Part shown: piece by piece, positions 41,907 to 55,800 of the stretch
How the letters are laid out: each line of letters begins with the position of its first letter
Position numbering within the stretch: position 1 is the first letter of the stretch
From: Eledone cirrhosa
Lineage: Eukaryota
Assembly (NCBI GenBank): GCA_964016885.1
Contig: OZ024750.1
Span: 13,144,001 to 13,208,000, forward strand
DNA: 64,000 bases
Direction: 5' to 3'
Notes under the pieces: model-generated
The model's database searches: none
Told to the model about the DNA's origin: nothing
The model's input: the letters and a program-made list of their open reading frames with translations, nothing else
Position numbers and translations under genes: made by a program

Positions 41907-44900
41907 TTGGTTCTGGTTTTGGTTCATCTTTCAACACAATTGTTTCTTGAGAAATAGCGGTCACCTCTACTGGTTGCTCAGGTATTTCAGCAGCCTCTAC
42001 AATTGGTTTATCAGTTGCTTCAGGAACCAGAATTACTTGAACTTCAGATTGCTGTGGTTTCATAACATGTTCTTTAACTTCAACTTCAATTCTTTGAGGT
42101 TGAAGAACTGGCTGTATTTCTTTCTGTGAAACAACTGTTGGTTCACTTTCAGGTTGTTCTTTATGAATTATTTCAATTGTTTCTTTATGGATGTCTTCAC
42201 GTTCAATAACTTCATCTTCCTTAACAGGAATTTCCTGAGAAGTTATTTGAGTTGTTGATTCATGAATTTCAGTTTCTGTTCTAGTTTCTGTTACAGGTTC
42301 ACTCATTTGGAATCGTAACTCTACAGGTGTAGGTTTTTCTTCTTTATCTACTGTTAAAGTGGTAGTATGTTTTTCAGTAGCTTTAACATCAGTTGGAAGT
42401 TCTTCAGTTTGTTCAAAATAAGAAGTTGTTGTAGATATTGTTCTGATTTCTGCTGTTTGAGTAACTTCTTCAGGTGCATCATAAAATAAGTCTGCTTCAG
42501 ATTCCCTTCGATCCTGACATTTAAATTCTAAATTTTCTTGATAAACAGTCTCATCAGGTAACTCAACTATTTGTGGTTGATCAACTATAATAGTTTGTTT
42601 ATGTGTTTCATCAGATTCTATAGCTTCACTACCAGATGAAGCTGAAATGAATTAAAACGCAAAACAAAACTTAAATGTGTATAATTAATGTTTGACCACC
42701 ATAAAACAACTAACAGTGATTATCTTTTGTAGATAAATGGGAAAGATTAACTAATAAGAAAATCTGAAACAAATGATTAATAAATATAAATTATGAATAG
42801 AATGAAATAAAATGTAATTTAATATATTTATTGATCCAAACGTGTCAAATCTTTAATAAAGCCACGGTTGTCGAAACTTAATGTTTCTGCATTTTATGGG
42901 AATAATTTCCATCATTTAAGTTAGAATATAACTTCGGATTATATCAGCACTTGAAGGAGATAAATTCACACAAACTCTAAGAATTAGGGGCTTCTCCAAA
43001 ACTAGTTTTAATTATATAAGTAAAACAAGTTTTTTTTTCAGTTTTTCGGATCTAAATGTTTCACTCTGCTAATCATATTTATAAATTCAATAGAAAAGGC
43101 TATGCCATATATATATATACTTTAGTGTCTAATTGTATACTTAAGTATTAGATTATTAAGACTGTTCCATCTGTAAGCTCTAACTGCAGGATCTAACAGA
43201 TTTTGGAAGGAGGACATAAAACTATGATGTATTATTCACTTAATCACTGGCATGAAACACACATCCATATCGAATATGAATGTGTGTGTTACAAGTCCCA
43301 CATGATATGTAGTTAATATTTAAGAAAACACCTATCAGTCAGGACACATGTTTCCTTGAAAATTAGAAACGTTTTTCTAGATAGCTTATAGCATTGTTTC
43401 TCTTTGATTTCCTGTATTTTATAATTAATTATGTTTATGCATGAAGTGAGTCTAGGCAGTAAAAATTGTAGAGTATTACATTAAATATATTACATTTTCC
43501 TTCTACACTTTCAACACTGACTAGTCAACTTTGTTATTCATTCCTAACAATAAAATAATCTCTGAAAATACATTAAGGTCAATTGGATCAACGACACATC
43601 TAAACCCATGAAAAATGTTCTTATGACTAATCAAAGGAAATCAATGATGATTATGAATGTATGAAATTTATTAGTATATTAAAGAATAAATAGGAAAAAA
43701 AGATACTAAAAAGATTTTTTTTTTTTTTCTTTGAAAACAAGTATACTTACATGCAACAGTGAGCTTGCAAGTTGTTATTGTTTCACCGCATTCATTTGTT
43801 GCAGAACAAGTATATTCTCCTTCATCTTCAGGGAATACTTCCACAATAATGAGAATACTTTCTTTCTGTTCATAATTTACAGTAATTTGTATATCATTAG
43901 TGGAAGTTATAACTTTACCATCATAAAACCATGTGATCTTTGGTAAAGGTTGGCCTGTGAAGCGTACTTTAAATTCTACTCTTTCCCCATCATGGACAGT
44001 TTGTGGCTGAAGTAATTCTGTGAATTCAGGAGCTGCTGACTCAGTAAGAGGTGCTTCAATTTCTACATTAAATACATACAAATTGGAACTCAGTAAAACC
44101 TTAGCAAACACAAATGTCCTTTTCAAAACTAATTTCAAAATCAGTCTTTGTACATAAATATTATTCTATTATTGTACCTCAGAATTAAGTCATATAATGA
44201 AGGTGCATGGCTTAGTAGTTAGAGAGTTGGATTCATAATCATGAGGTTGTGAGTTAGATTTTCGGCTGAGCGACATGTTATGTCCTTAAGCAAGACACTT
44301 TATTTCATGTTGCCCCTTCTTGCCAAGAGTTGCAGCAAGTAGATAGTATTAGTAATTGGAAAGACCAATGAAAACATTGTTTCCTTAGTCCAATCTGATG
44401 AGTTCCACCCCACTCAGTAAGCAAATGAGGTCTGTGATCTTGTCAATTCAGATCAAGGAATATTGTAATTGTAAACTTATTCAATTCCAGAACTGGAAAC
44501 TATTACATCTTAATTCATCAAAGACTTGTAGAACAAAGTCTTGATTTCAAATATTTGCAGCTTTTAACCTTTCTCATATAATAGAAAATACATTTTATTA
44601 TACTTACGTTTCATAACATTGATAGACGCTCTACTAATAGCTACTCCTTCTTTGTTTTCCATACGACAAATATACTCTCCAGAATCTTCATATGATGCAT
44701 TTACAATCAATAAGATTGATGTATTATGTTCAATAAACATTTTCCTGTTAGGTGTAGGTCGAACTTCAACCTCGTTGATATACCAGGAAACATTGGGTTC
44801 TCCAGTCAGTTGACATATTAGTCTAAATAAAAGAAAGTTTTGTTATGAAATGAAATGTTTTAAATGAATAAGCATTGATATCTCTTGTCGAGACAAGGTG

Positions 44901-47845
44901 AAAGTATATTAAAATTCATTGAAAAATGAGAAAACACTAGAATAGCTGTTAAAACAGCTAAATGCTGTCAAAGACAACACTGGGTAGAGATGCCTCAAGA
45001 CAGAGACCAGCATCCAGTGGTCAGCAGAGAGACAATGTTTTAAATTTAAAACTATATAAAAGGTAGAAATAGTTTATCAATAAAATAGATATGGACTTCA
45101 AGCTTGGCTTTATAAATAAAGTAAAATCTATATGATCATCACATGGTCATTAGAATAAAATACTCAATGTTTTATGTCTAATTTAGGTTTAATTACCTGA
45201 TAGGTTTTCCTTGATAGACATTAGCTGGTTCAACATAATGAGGTGACATCTGAATAGAAGTAATGTAACGTTCATCAACTAATCTGATGCTTTCATCAAC
45301 AGGAATTGTTGTCACAGATTTTGTTGTTGTTTCAGTTGTTGTGATAGAAGCTGAAAAATACAAAGAAAGATACATTTTTAGGGTTTTTTCTGAATAAAAT
45401 ATAAAAAGATGTAAATATTTACTTTGTATTTCTTGATTTAGTTAAATGATGTTAAAAAAACAATTGTGAGTAAAGATGTCAGATAAATAGTACTAAAATA
45501 TCTGAGAATATCTGAGTATATCTGACCTTATTAAAACTACTTAATTATTTAATATCAATCAGTTATCTTGGCATACGGTTACAAACTTATGGGGTAGAAG
45601 TGATCCAATTAGACCAATGCAAGACAATAACGTATTAACATTAGATCAATATCTAGTGAAATAAGATTGTAAAATAAACCCCATAAAATAAATTGATATT
45701 ACTTACTTTCAACAATAATAGTTGTAGAAGTCACAGACTCTCCATAAATGTTCCTGGCATGACAAGTATATTCTCCAGCATCTTCTGGATATACTTCAGT
45801 GATGATCAATGTACATCTGCCAGTTTCAATTTCAAACCTTATCTGGAAATCATTATTTGGTACAATCTCAATTGAATCTTTGTACCAAGTAATTTTCGGT
45901 TCAGGATAAGCATTCATTCTACAAGTGAGAGTGACTCGAGTGCCATCTTGAACAGTTTGAGGTTGTAAAGGTTCAACAAATTCAGGTGGAATAGCAGCAG
46001 GTTTGGCTTTCTGATCTGTCTTTTTAACGGGAATAATGACTTCTTCTTTCTTTGGTTCATGAACTGTAAGTCGAGCAGATGTAGCTGCCTGTCCGTATTG
46101 ATTGATGGCCATGCAGACATAATCTCCTTGATCTTCTGGGAGAGATTCCACAATATGGAGACAAATATCTCCAGTTTCTGGGATATATGAAATTACATAT
46201 TCATCATTATTGTCAATATTTGTTCCATTGTGGAACCAAGTAATATGAGGAACTGGTTGACCAACGACTTTGCAAGTCATTCTTATTTCTTGTCCATCAA
46301 CAATGTCCATTGTTTCTAAGTCCTTTACAAAGTTTGGTGGCACAAACTCTTCTGTGGGAGGTTCAACTTCAGTCTCAGGAGGGGGTGACATTTCTGCAGC
46401 AGGTTCTATTAAATAAACAATATAACATTAGGTATGACAGTAGTAAGGGTGTTGGACTTATAATCAAAATGTCATAGGTTCAATTCCTGCTCTGGGTTGT
46501 GTGTTGTGTTCTTGAGCAAAACATTTCATTTCACATTATTCCAGTATACTCAACTGAAAATGAGTACCAGCCATAGCTGGGGGTTTAACCCAGCGATGGA
46601 CTAGCATCCAGTCCAGGAGGGAGTCTTGTACACTCGGGGGTTTCATGTCAATGAAACCAAGATAAGTACTGGCCTGATGAACCTCCTGGCTTCAGAGAGA
46701 CTTTAGACTTAGAGATATTTAAATACTTTCTTTTTATAATTGTTAATAATTACAATAAAGAATGCATTTTATACATTTATTCAATTATAAAATTAAATTA
46801 TGTTTTAATATTCAAAGGAAAATGTTAACAACAGGTTTTGTATTAAGTATAAAATAAATTGATAATATAATATAAAATACCAAAAAATTACCTTGGACAT
46901 ATAAGGTAGTACTGCACACAGCTTCTCCTAATTCTGAAACTGCTCTGCAGGTATATTCACCAGTATCCTCAGGTCCAACATCAATAATGATCAGCAGACT
47001 TTTACCAGATTCATAAAAGATTTCATAATGTGGAGAAGGTTTGATTTCCATTCCATTAATATACCAAGTAATTAATGGAGGAGGATGAGCATCAACAGAA
47101 CATTCCAGTCTGGAAGATAAAATGATGTACATTTATTAAAAGACTATATATGTTATGGGCAAAGGTGTGTGGCTTTGGGATCAGGTATTCAGCTCATGAT
47201 CATAAGGTCATGAGTTTGATTCCCAGTGGTGCACTGAGTCATTGAGCAAGACACTTTCAGGTTGTTCCAGTCCACTCAGCTGGCAAAAATGAGTTGCACC
47301 AGTAAATTGATGGGGCAGTCTTGTCACATTCTGTTTCACACTGAATCTCCCTGAGAACTATGTTAAAGGTACGTGTGTTTGTGGAATGCTCAGCGACTCG
47401 CACGTAAATTTCATGACCTCTGAGAAATTATTATAACAGTATTATAAAGACAAAGGTAGAAATTTAGTGAAAATTTACCTTGCAATGCCTCTTTCTCGAA
47501 CAAATACTTCTGGTTGAATTGGTTCAACAAAAATAGGTCTGATTTCTCGCGTTTCAGTTGTGATTGTCTTTTCTTCTTTTTCAATCATTTTAATAGTAAC
47601 AGAATCAGTTACATCTGGGATTGGTACAACCTTTTGTTTTTCTGAAAAAACAAAATAACAATTACAATCTGGTTAGAGTCATCTTTAACAAGTTTACAAA
47701 TATAACTTTAATAATATATCAACCAGCCTTAGAAACCAAACCAAAATCAACTGTGTGGAAGCAAAACATGATCCTCCAATCTGGCTAGTCTCACAAAGAG
47801 ACAGCTCGTCTAACCCATGCTAGCGTGGCAAATGGATGTTAAACA

Positions 47846-47884
<39 letters not shown>

Positions 47885-50800
47885 AATAAAATAAATACTA
47901 ACCATCAAAAGTAATGGTTGTCCTGCATGTAATTTCACCAAGCTCATTTCCAACTCTGAGAACATATTCTCCAAGATCACTCTCATTGACATGAATGATG
48001 ATCAAGACTACAGTGTCTCCTTCTTGGAACATTTGATAATGTTCTGATGTTATGATTTCAACTCCATTGACATACCATTTCACCAATGGTGGAGGATAGG
48101 CCTCAACCCGAGCTTCTAGTCTGAAATTATATTTAAATTGAGAATGTTATAATACAATCTACAGCATATTATGAAGTAAAACAAAAACAAAAATCAGTGA
48201 AATTAATGGTCTATAACATTCAAAATAGAATAAGAAATACATTTTCAATTGGAAGATGACCCTGATGGTTTTTAACAAATAATTTAGGTTTTCTATTAAA
48301 TGCTTTCTTTTGTATTTTCAATTTAGCACTAGAAATTTTTTAAATTAAGATATTGTGAATAATTTAAGAATAGAAAATGGTGGTAATATAAATATACCTT
48401 GCAATTTGTCCTCGCTTTACTTTGTAGTTTTGAGAAAGTGATCTCTTAAATACAGGTATTTTGGGTTGAACTAATTGCATTCCTGCACGAGAAATTTTGT
48501 CTTCTGGCAACTCTTGTTCCTCTGTAAATGAATTTAGAATATTAAATTTCAATTTAAAGAACAGAAATTATTGATTCAATTTAACAATTATTGAATGTGA
48601 CAATTTGATATATGCATGCAGTTAAGAAAATCAAGGTTATTATAATTTGTGTTAAATATTGTTTTTAATTTAATAATTTCCCCAACTGCCAAATCAGAGA
48701 TTCTAACTATCATGCCTAATATGCAGAATATTGTGGAAATATAAATATCTTCTCATATAAGTTGTCAGTTAACAAATAATATTATCTATAAATAAACAGA
48801 ATATAATATCTTATAAAAGTATTTTTTCAAAATAATTATCTATAACTACTAGAATAATTAAAAGACAAATGTTTCACATATCACTTTTGAGATCTTTTAA
48901 ATTCCTTTTGATATACTTTACTTCAATTACTCTAGCTAAAACAGATTCATATGAAACAAACACCCTGAAGCACTCTTGTGAGTGCTCTAATAACTCAGCC
49001 AATTCATCATCTTAAGCTATATGTAGAATTATATGTGTATATATATATATACAAGACTAGAACTGTTTCATTCGAATGAAACAGTTTTGGTCCTGTAGAA
49101 GCCATTTCTATATTAAATATTTATACTCTGCTATGTATTGAGTACCTTACCTACTGTGGTTACCCCCGATTAAACCCGGGATACACACACATATATATAC
49201 ATATATACTAGTTTAAGAAATTTAGTATTAAAATGAAGTTTTAATACATGTGATATGTATACTAATTGAAATTTAATTATTGACAGAGAAACTTGAAGTT
49301 ATCATCCCAAAATCTCATTAATTTATAGAAATTACCTGTCTAAGTGTGCAGTTAAGAAGGACTTCCTTTCATGCTAAATATATGAACATGCAAAATATTT
49401 TCAACTGATAATTATTGCAAGTGATTTTAAAATTAATGAAGTATAAGATACTATAGTGCAATAAAATAAATAAATCATTTGAAAAATTAAATTAATGGAA
49501 TACTTACATTGTTAGAAGGTACATGCGTATGGATTTCTTAGCATATAGCAGTGATAACCAAAGGTTTTAATGGTGGTATTCAGACAGAAGAATCAAGTCA
49601 ATGCTTATAAAAATGCATGCAACATTTCTAAATTTAATAAGGACTGTTAAAAATATTTTCTTTATTTCAATTAAAAAAAAGTCATGCATAAAAAGTATAC
49701 ACAAAAATTATTTGGGAGTTTTATTAAAAAAACATTCAGAAAAAAATATTGTCCATGCAATTCATATGTCTTGCGGCGTTTTGTTAAACACTTGTTTATT
49801 AAAACAATATATAATGTATAAAATAAATTATATAATATTGTACAAAAAATATAAAAATATTCATGCTTTTTATAAAATCTTTGGGTTTTTTAAAAAATAA
49901 TAACAGAAATATATAAAATGTTAAACCAAGCAAGGTTCAATAAAATAATAGGAATATTATAATACCACTAGTAAATTAAAATTAAAAAAGACATAATAGT
50001 TTATATTTTATAGTATATAATATCTTATAGTATATAATATCTGCTATGCCATACATTTAACTGTACTCTGAGCTGGCAACGGATAGGCTCTGCCAGGTTT
50101 AAATCCCCCTGCAACTGCTGATGGAGTCATACAGTTGTAGGGGCATTTAAACCTAGCAGAGGCTATACTTCACCAGCTCAGGGTACAGTCAAGTTTTTCC
50201 AGAGCAATAGAGCAAGCTTGAAAGAAACGAAAACAAAAAATACAGGAAGATTCAACCTTAGTATTGAACTGGTACTTATCAACCTCAAATGGATAAAAGT
50301 TAAAGTTGACCTTGGTAGGATTTGAACTCAAAGCATAGTTAAGTCAGAAAAAATAACAAATACCACTATCAACTCTGTCACTTTGCCAGTTGTATAATAT
50401 TTACAGTATATAAAATATATATTATAAACAAACATTGTGTGTAAAGCTTGAACATTAGAACTAATGAACTGCTGAGGAAGTAAATTTATAAAAGATGTTG
50501 GATGCTCAAGAGCAGAAATTAACTCTAATTATACAGTCAGCTGTTATAAAATAACTTATAAAAATATAGTAAAGACTCCCAGAGTCAGAAAACCATGTTC
50601 CATCTCTAAAGGTCTTTACCCATTTTTTTATAAGCTATTCTATACCAACTGACTAATTTTCTGCATTTGAGCATCCTACATTTTCTATAAATATAATACT
50701 ATATATTTTCACAAATACAAAAAATATGATGCAAATTTACCATGCAATGGAAACTTTGATTTGGAAAATTTCACCATCATGCTCCATTTTAATTTTAGGT

Positions 50801-52782
50801 TATTGAACAATGAATAGAACATATTGGACTTACCTTGAACATAGAATTCAGCAGAACATTCAGCAACACCAGCACTGTTCCTTGCACGACAAGTGATAAG
50901 GCCACTATCTTCAGGGAATGCTTCTCTGATAGACAATATTGTTGTCTGGCCAACTCTCTCAATCTAAATCAGAAAGGAAAAGATTTTATTAATGTAAAAC
51001 ATATTCACTGATAAATGAATTTGTAAAGTCCATTAGGAGTATAAAGAAGACGAAATATATACAGGTAAAATTCCATTATAACGAATTCCATTATAACGAA
51101 AACCATTATAACGAAATTTATTTTCAATACTCGAGGTAACAAACAAACGCTCGATTTGTTTTGGGCAATCTCGTTATAAAGAATGTTTTGTTACAACAAA
51201 TTTTTTATGTGCCATGAATTTCATTGTGACGGAATTTCACTGTATTTAAAATGTCAGTAAAATTTTAAAATGGAGATTACTTGAATGTTTAAGAAAATGG
51301 ATTCTTTGGCTTTAAGTCAGAGAATAATTATATATATTGCAAGTATTGTGCTATTAATTTAACTAATGTATTCCAATAATATAAACACAGTGAAGCTGGT
51401 ATTAAATATAGTGCAGTATAGTAATTAATGGAGTTAGTGGCATCTTGAAAATTTATGATATTCATAAATATAATTTAAATTACCTTAAAGTCTCTCGTGT
51501 TCTTGATCTTTTTACCATTACGAAGCCAGGTAATTTCAGGATCAGGTTCTCCTGTAAATACTGCTTCGAAGTAAGTTGGATAACCTTCTTCGATAACAAT
51601 GTTAGAAATTGGTTTGATAAAACTGGGGGGTGTCACTGAAACACCAGGAGTTTCTGGTTCTGTTTCACTTTCAAGACCTACAAAAAAGAAACAATTATCA
51701 AATTAACGTATTTACTCAAATATAAGTCTGTCAAAATATAAGACATTTTTATGTCTGAGAAATAGGCAAAAATCTAAACCTTATTAATAAATCAACAACT
51801 TATATTTAGATGGCATGGTTTTAAATTGGCGAATATATTTATGAAATTTTGATATTTAAAATATTCTAAGTGTCATTTAGTTTTTGTTTCACAACTCCAT
51901 TACGTTTTCAATATGTTAATTAATTTTGCCAATTACGATGATTAACATAATGAAGAGAGTCAGGAAAATCTGTCCATAAATTAATTAAATATTTTAACTG
52001 TTATTTTGAAACCCTGCAAAATGAATTAAAATTGCCTAAGTAACTCACCAATAACATTGAGACGACAAACGCAGGAAATTTCCCCAGCAACATTTCTTGC
52101 GACACATCTATATAGACCCCTATCTTCTGGGAATGCTTCCAACAGAGTTAGGGTATGTACACCATCAGGAGTTGAGGTCATATTGAAATATTTGGAAGGT
52201 TTCACGAGTTGGTTATTACAGTACCATGTAACAACAGGTGCTAAAAAGATAAATAAAATGCAAATTAATATACAGTGCAAATATCACTAATTATAAAAAG
52301 ACAGATATCCAAGGAGGATATATAATTGAATGGAGCCTTTTATTCTTTCATTAGCACTCTATTACTCTATTATATGTTCCAGCAGACAGGCTGAAACAAT
52401 ACTGTGGCACAGAACTGTATTTTTTTATCTGTTATTCATCCAGTTTTCATACTTTTTCTATGAAATTTTACATTTGAATATGTGGATACTCTTCTTGCTG
52501 GTCAAGCATGACTCCCCTTAATGCCACACCTTCCTCCTTCAGCAAACAACAGGTTGTCTACCTCATGCTCTCATATCCACACACCAACATCCCAGCCTAG
52601 CTGAGAATACACGAGCCCTAATCTTGAACAGTGTTAGTGCTGGTTCTATGATAAAATGCACCCAATCCACACTGTAAAGTGGTAGTGCTAGTTCTATGAT
52701 AAAATACACCTAGTCCACACTGTGAAGTGATAGCACTGGTGTTACAATAAAAAGCACTATCCACCTTGTTATATATGATGAT

Positions 52783-52816
<34 letters not shown>

Positions 52817-55800
52817 TATATACACCTATATATATATATCAGAGAAAATATGTTAAATGATGATGATGATATATGAGAAACTTTCGCTCTACCAAATTGA
52901 TTCAGAAGGCATTGGTTGTTGGTCTGTGACTATAACAGAAGTCACTTGCCCAAGATGCTGTAGGGTTCCAAAGCAAACTTCTTAACCACATTTAAAATTT
53001 AGAAATATATTAAATATTATTTTATTTGTTTAACTTACGTGGATTCGAAGTGATTCTGCATGAGAAGCTAATACTTTCACTCTCTGGAACGGTTTTATTT
53101 TCTGGCCGTTTCAAAATTGATGGTGGAGTAGCTTTTACAGTCTTTACTTGTTTAGAAAATTTGAGGGATGCATGTGATTCTTTGGTAACTGATGGTTCTA
53201 GAAAGAAAAGATAAATTTTAAATCTCATAAATTTCATCTCATTTTTCAATTTATTTTATAAATAGAATAACAAAAGTAATGTTCCATAAATTATTTATCA
53301 AGAGCTTTATTCCAAAACTTCAATTAAATTATCTATCTGTGCATCAGTTTTTTTGTTAATTATATTTTATATTTATGGAAGAATAGACTTAAAACGGTGA
53401 TGATGATGATGATTTTAATACAATTATTGACTAAATACTGTCTTCTCTTTCTATTCTGTGCTTCCTTCATTTAATTGCTTTCTCTTTTGTATTTAGCATA
53501 TATTTTTATCTGATAACTCATATTCATACAGTGTGTCTGAAGCACTATATATCAGGATTAAACCACAGTCTGGAATTAGCTGTCAAAAGGCCCTGACCCT
53601 CAACATGAATGGACCTGTTATTCTTCTTTAAAAACATTTTTTTCCAATTCGACCCCACCTGTCACTTCAATCTATCTAATTTCTCATTCGTTCTTCTGGT
53701 GAAGGACTAGCATCCGAAACGTTAAGACCTTGTTCCTGCTATTTCAAGCGTTAACCTAATATATTCCTTCCATATATTGTACCAATTGTGTTGTTATTTC
53801 TGTTTACCTTTTACATATATATATATATATGCCCATAGATTAGTCTAACTAGAATTATCTACTGTTGTGAATATTGCACAAAATAAATGTCATTGTTATC
53901 ATCTTCATACAGAATGTTTACATACCATCAACAACCAGTTTAGCAGTACATGTTGACTTTCCAGTTGTGTTAATACTAACACAAGCATATGTTCCAGCAT
54001 CTTCAGGCTGAACTTCAAAAATAAGAAGTGTGTAGTGATTTTCTTCATGAATGAATTTCCATCTTGGACTTTCAGGCATATTTTTGCCATCCTAGAGAAA
54101 GGAAAATACAAAGTCACAATATTTACCAACCACTTCAATGTGTTTATTTTACATTTAAAAACAAAAAGGTAAGATAAATGAAAGCTAGCATACCTTTTGC
54201 CAATGAACCTTGGGTTTTGGTTTTCCAATAACTTCACAGTCAAAAGTTGCAGGTTCTCCAACAACAACTTTGGTGTCACGAAGTAAGTTACGAAATTCAG
54301 GAGAAGTATCTTTTGCAGCTTCTTCTTCCTCTGTTTAACAAAAATAATTCATTTGAAATGTACATAACAGTATTATACCATTTTAACTTTATATTGTCAA
54401 ACGATATTGAGTAGTAACTACTTTAAATAGAAAATAAGTGAACTATTTCTTATATAAAATTTAATCTGATTATATATTTTTAGCAATTACATATATTTTG
54501 TCATCCTTAATAATGATGATATTAAAAATCCATTTCATGTGTACTATCTCTAGTATGAAACTTTTTGTCAAATTATTACCCAACTTATCCATTTTTGGCT
54601 TGCCCTTTCTACTTTTAGTTTCTTTTGCCAGTATAACTGTCTTCAGTTCTAGTTTTCTCATATATATAATGCAGATTACAAATACATTTACTTATCTGTA
54701 CTTGATTTTATTCTACACCTTATACCTACAAGATTTTTCCCAATAATACATGAATCATATAATCTTGCTAACATATATAATAATCCTTTATTTCTAATTG
54801 GAACAGAATGCACTGAAATCCTTACCATTCTTTCACTATTAGTTTTTGAAAGCCACTAGAAATTTGATATGAATTATCAATGAATGAATTCATAGACAGG
54901 TTATTCCCTTATCCACAATGAGTTATTTCATTATATTTCATTACAAGAAATAAAAACAATATTTTCTTAACTTACCAATAACAGTCAACTTCGCTTTACA
55001 TTGTGTCATACCATATTTATTATAGGCTTTAACTGTGTACATTCCTGAGTCTTCTGGGAATACTTCAGGAATATGTAAAGTGCTCGAATTCTCAGTAACT
55101 CGAATCTAAGTAAAATAAAAAAATACATAGATTTGAATCAATATAATCAATAGCCCATGATATATATGAAGTTTTTTAAATCATTTTAAGATAGAATAAA
55201 TCACAATCAGTTTAATACAATTAGTTAAGGAACATAAATCTTTACACTAACCTGGAAGTCCCATGAAGACTGAATTTCAAAACTATCTCTGTACCATGTA
55301 ATAATGGGAGGAGGATTGCCAGTGAATTTCACCTTTAGCCTATAATGGAAGAAAATGTAAATATAAATTTAAATTCAAGATTATTAGTTTTGTAATGGTT
55401 TCTAATAATAACACCAAGGAAATATTTCTTTATATAAAAATATTGATAATATAATTTAAGTTTTTGCACACAACAAAATTGTTACTAATCAACATATTTT
55501 ATCATCAGACATTCGAAATATTGTCATTGAGCTAAACAGGGCTATGGAAGTCACTTCAATCCAAACATAGAAATCTTCTCTTGTTTTTAGATAGTGAACA
55601 TAACAAATCAATGCCCTAAATCTTTAGATAGATTTTTCCTAATAAAGACAGGATGGTCATAGTTAGAATGCTGATCAGATAGAAAAGGTCTGTTTATATG
55701 AATAGTGTGCTGAACCTGAAAGAGCTAGTTATGTACGAGATGTCAACTAAAACAGAGCTGCTTTCAGTTATTCAACAATTGCAATATCACAAACCATAGT

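Noticed and set aside
53905-54279. 124-aa minus-strand ORF
   Set aside because: Reads the two real exons in the wrong frame across an intron.
54470-54661. Possible extra Lys-rich exon
   Set aside because: No convincing in-phase acceptor and donor pair.
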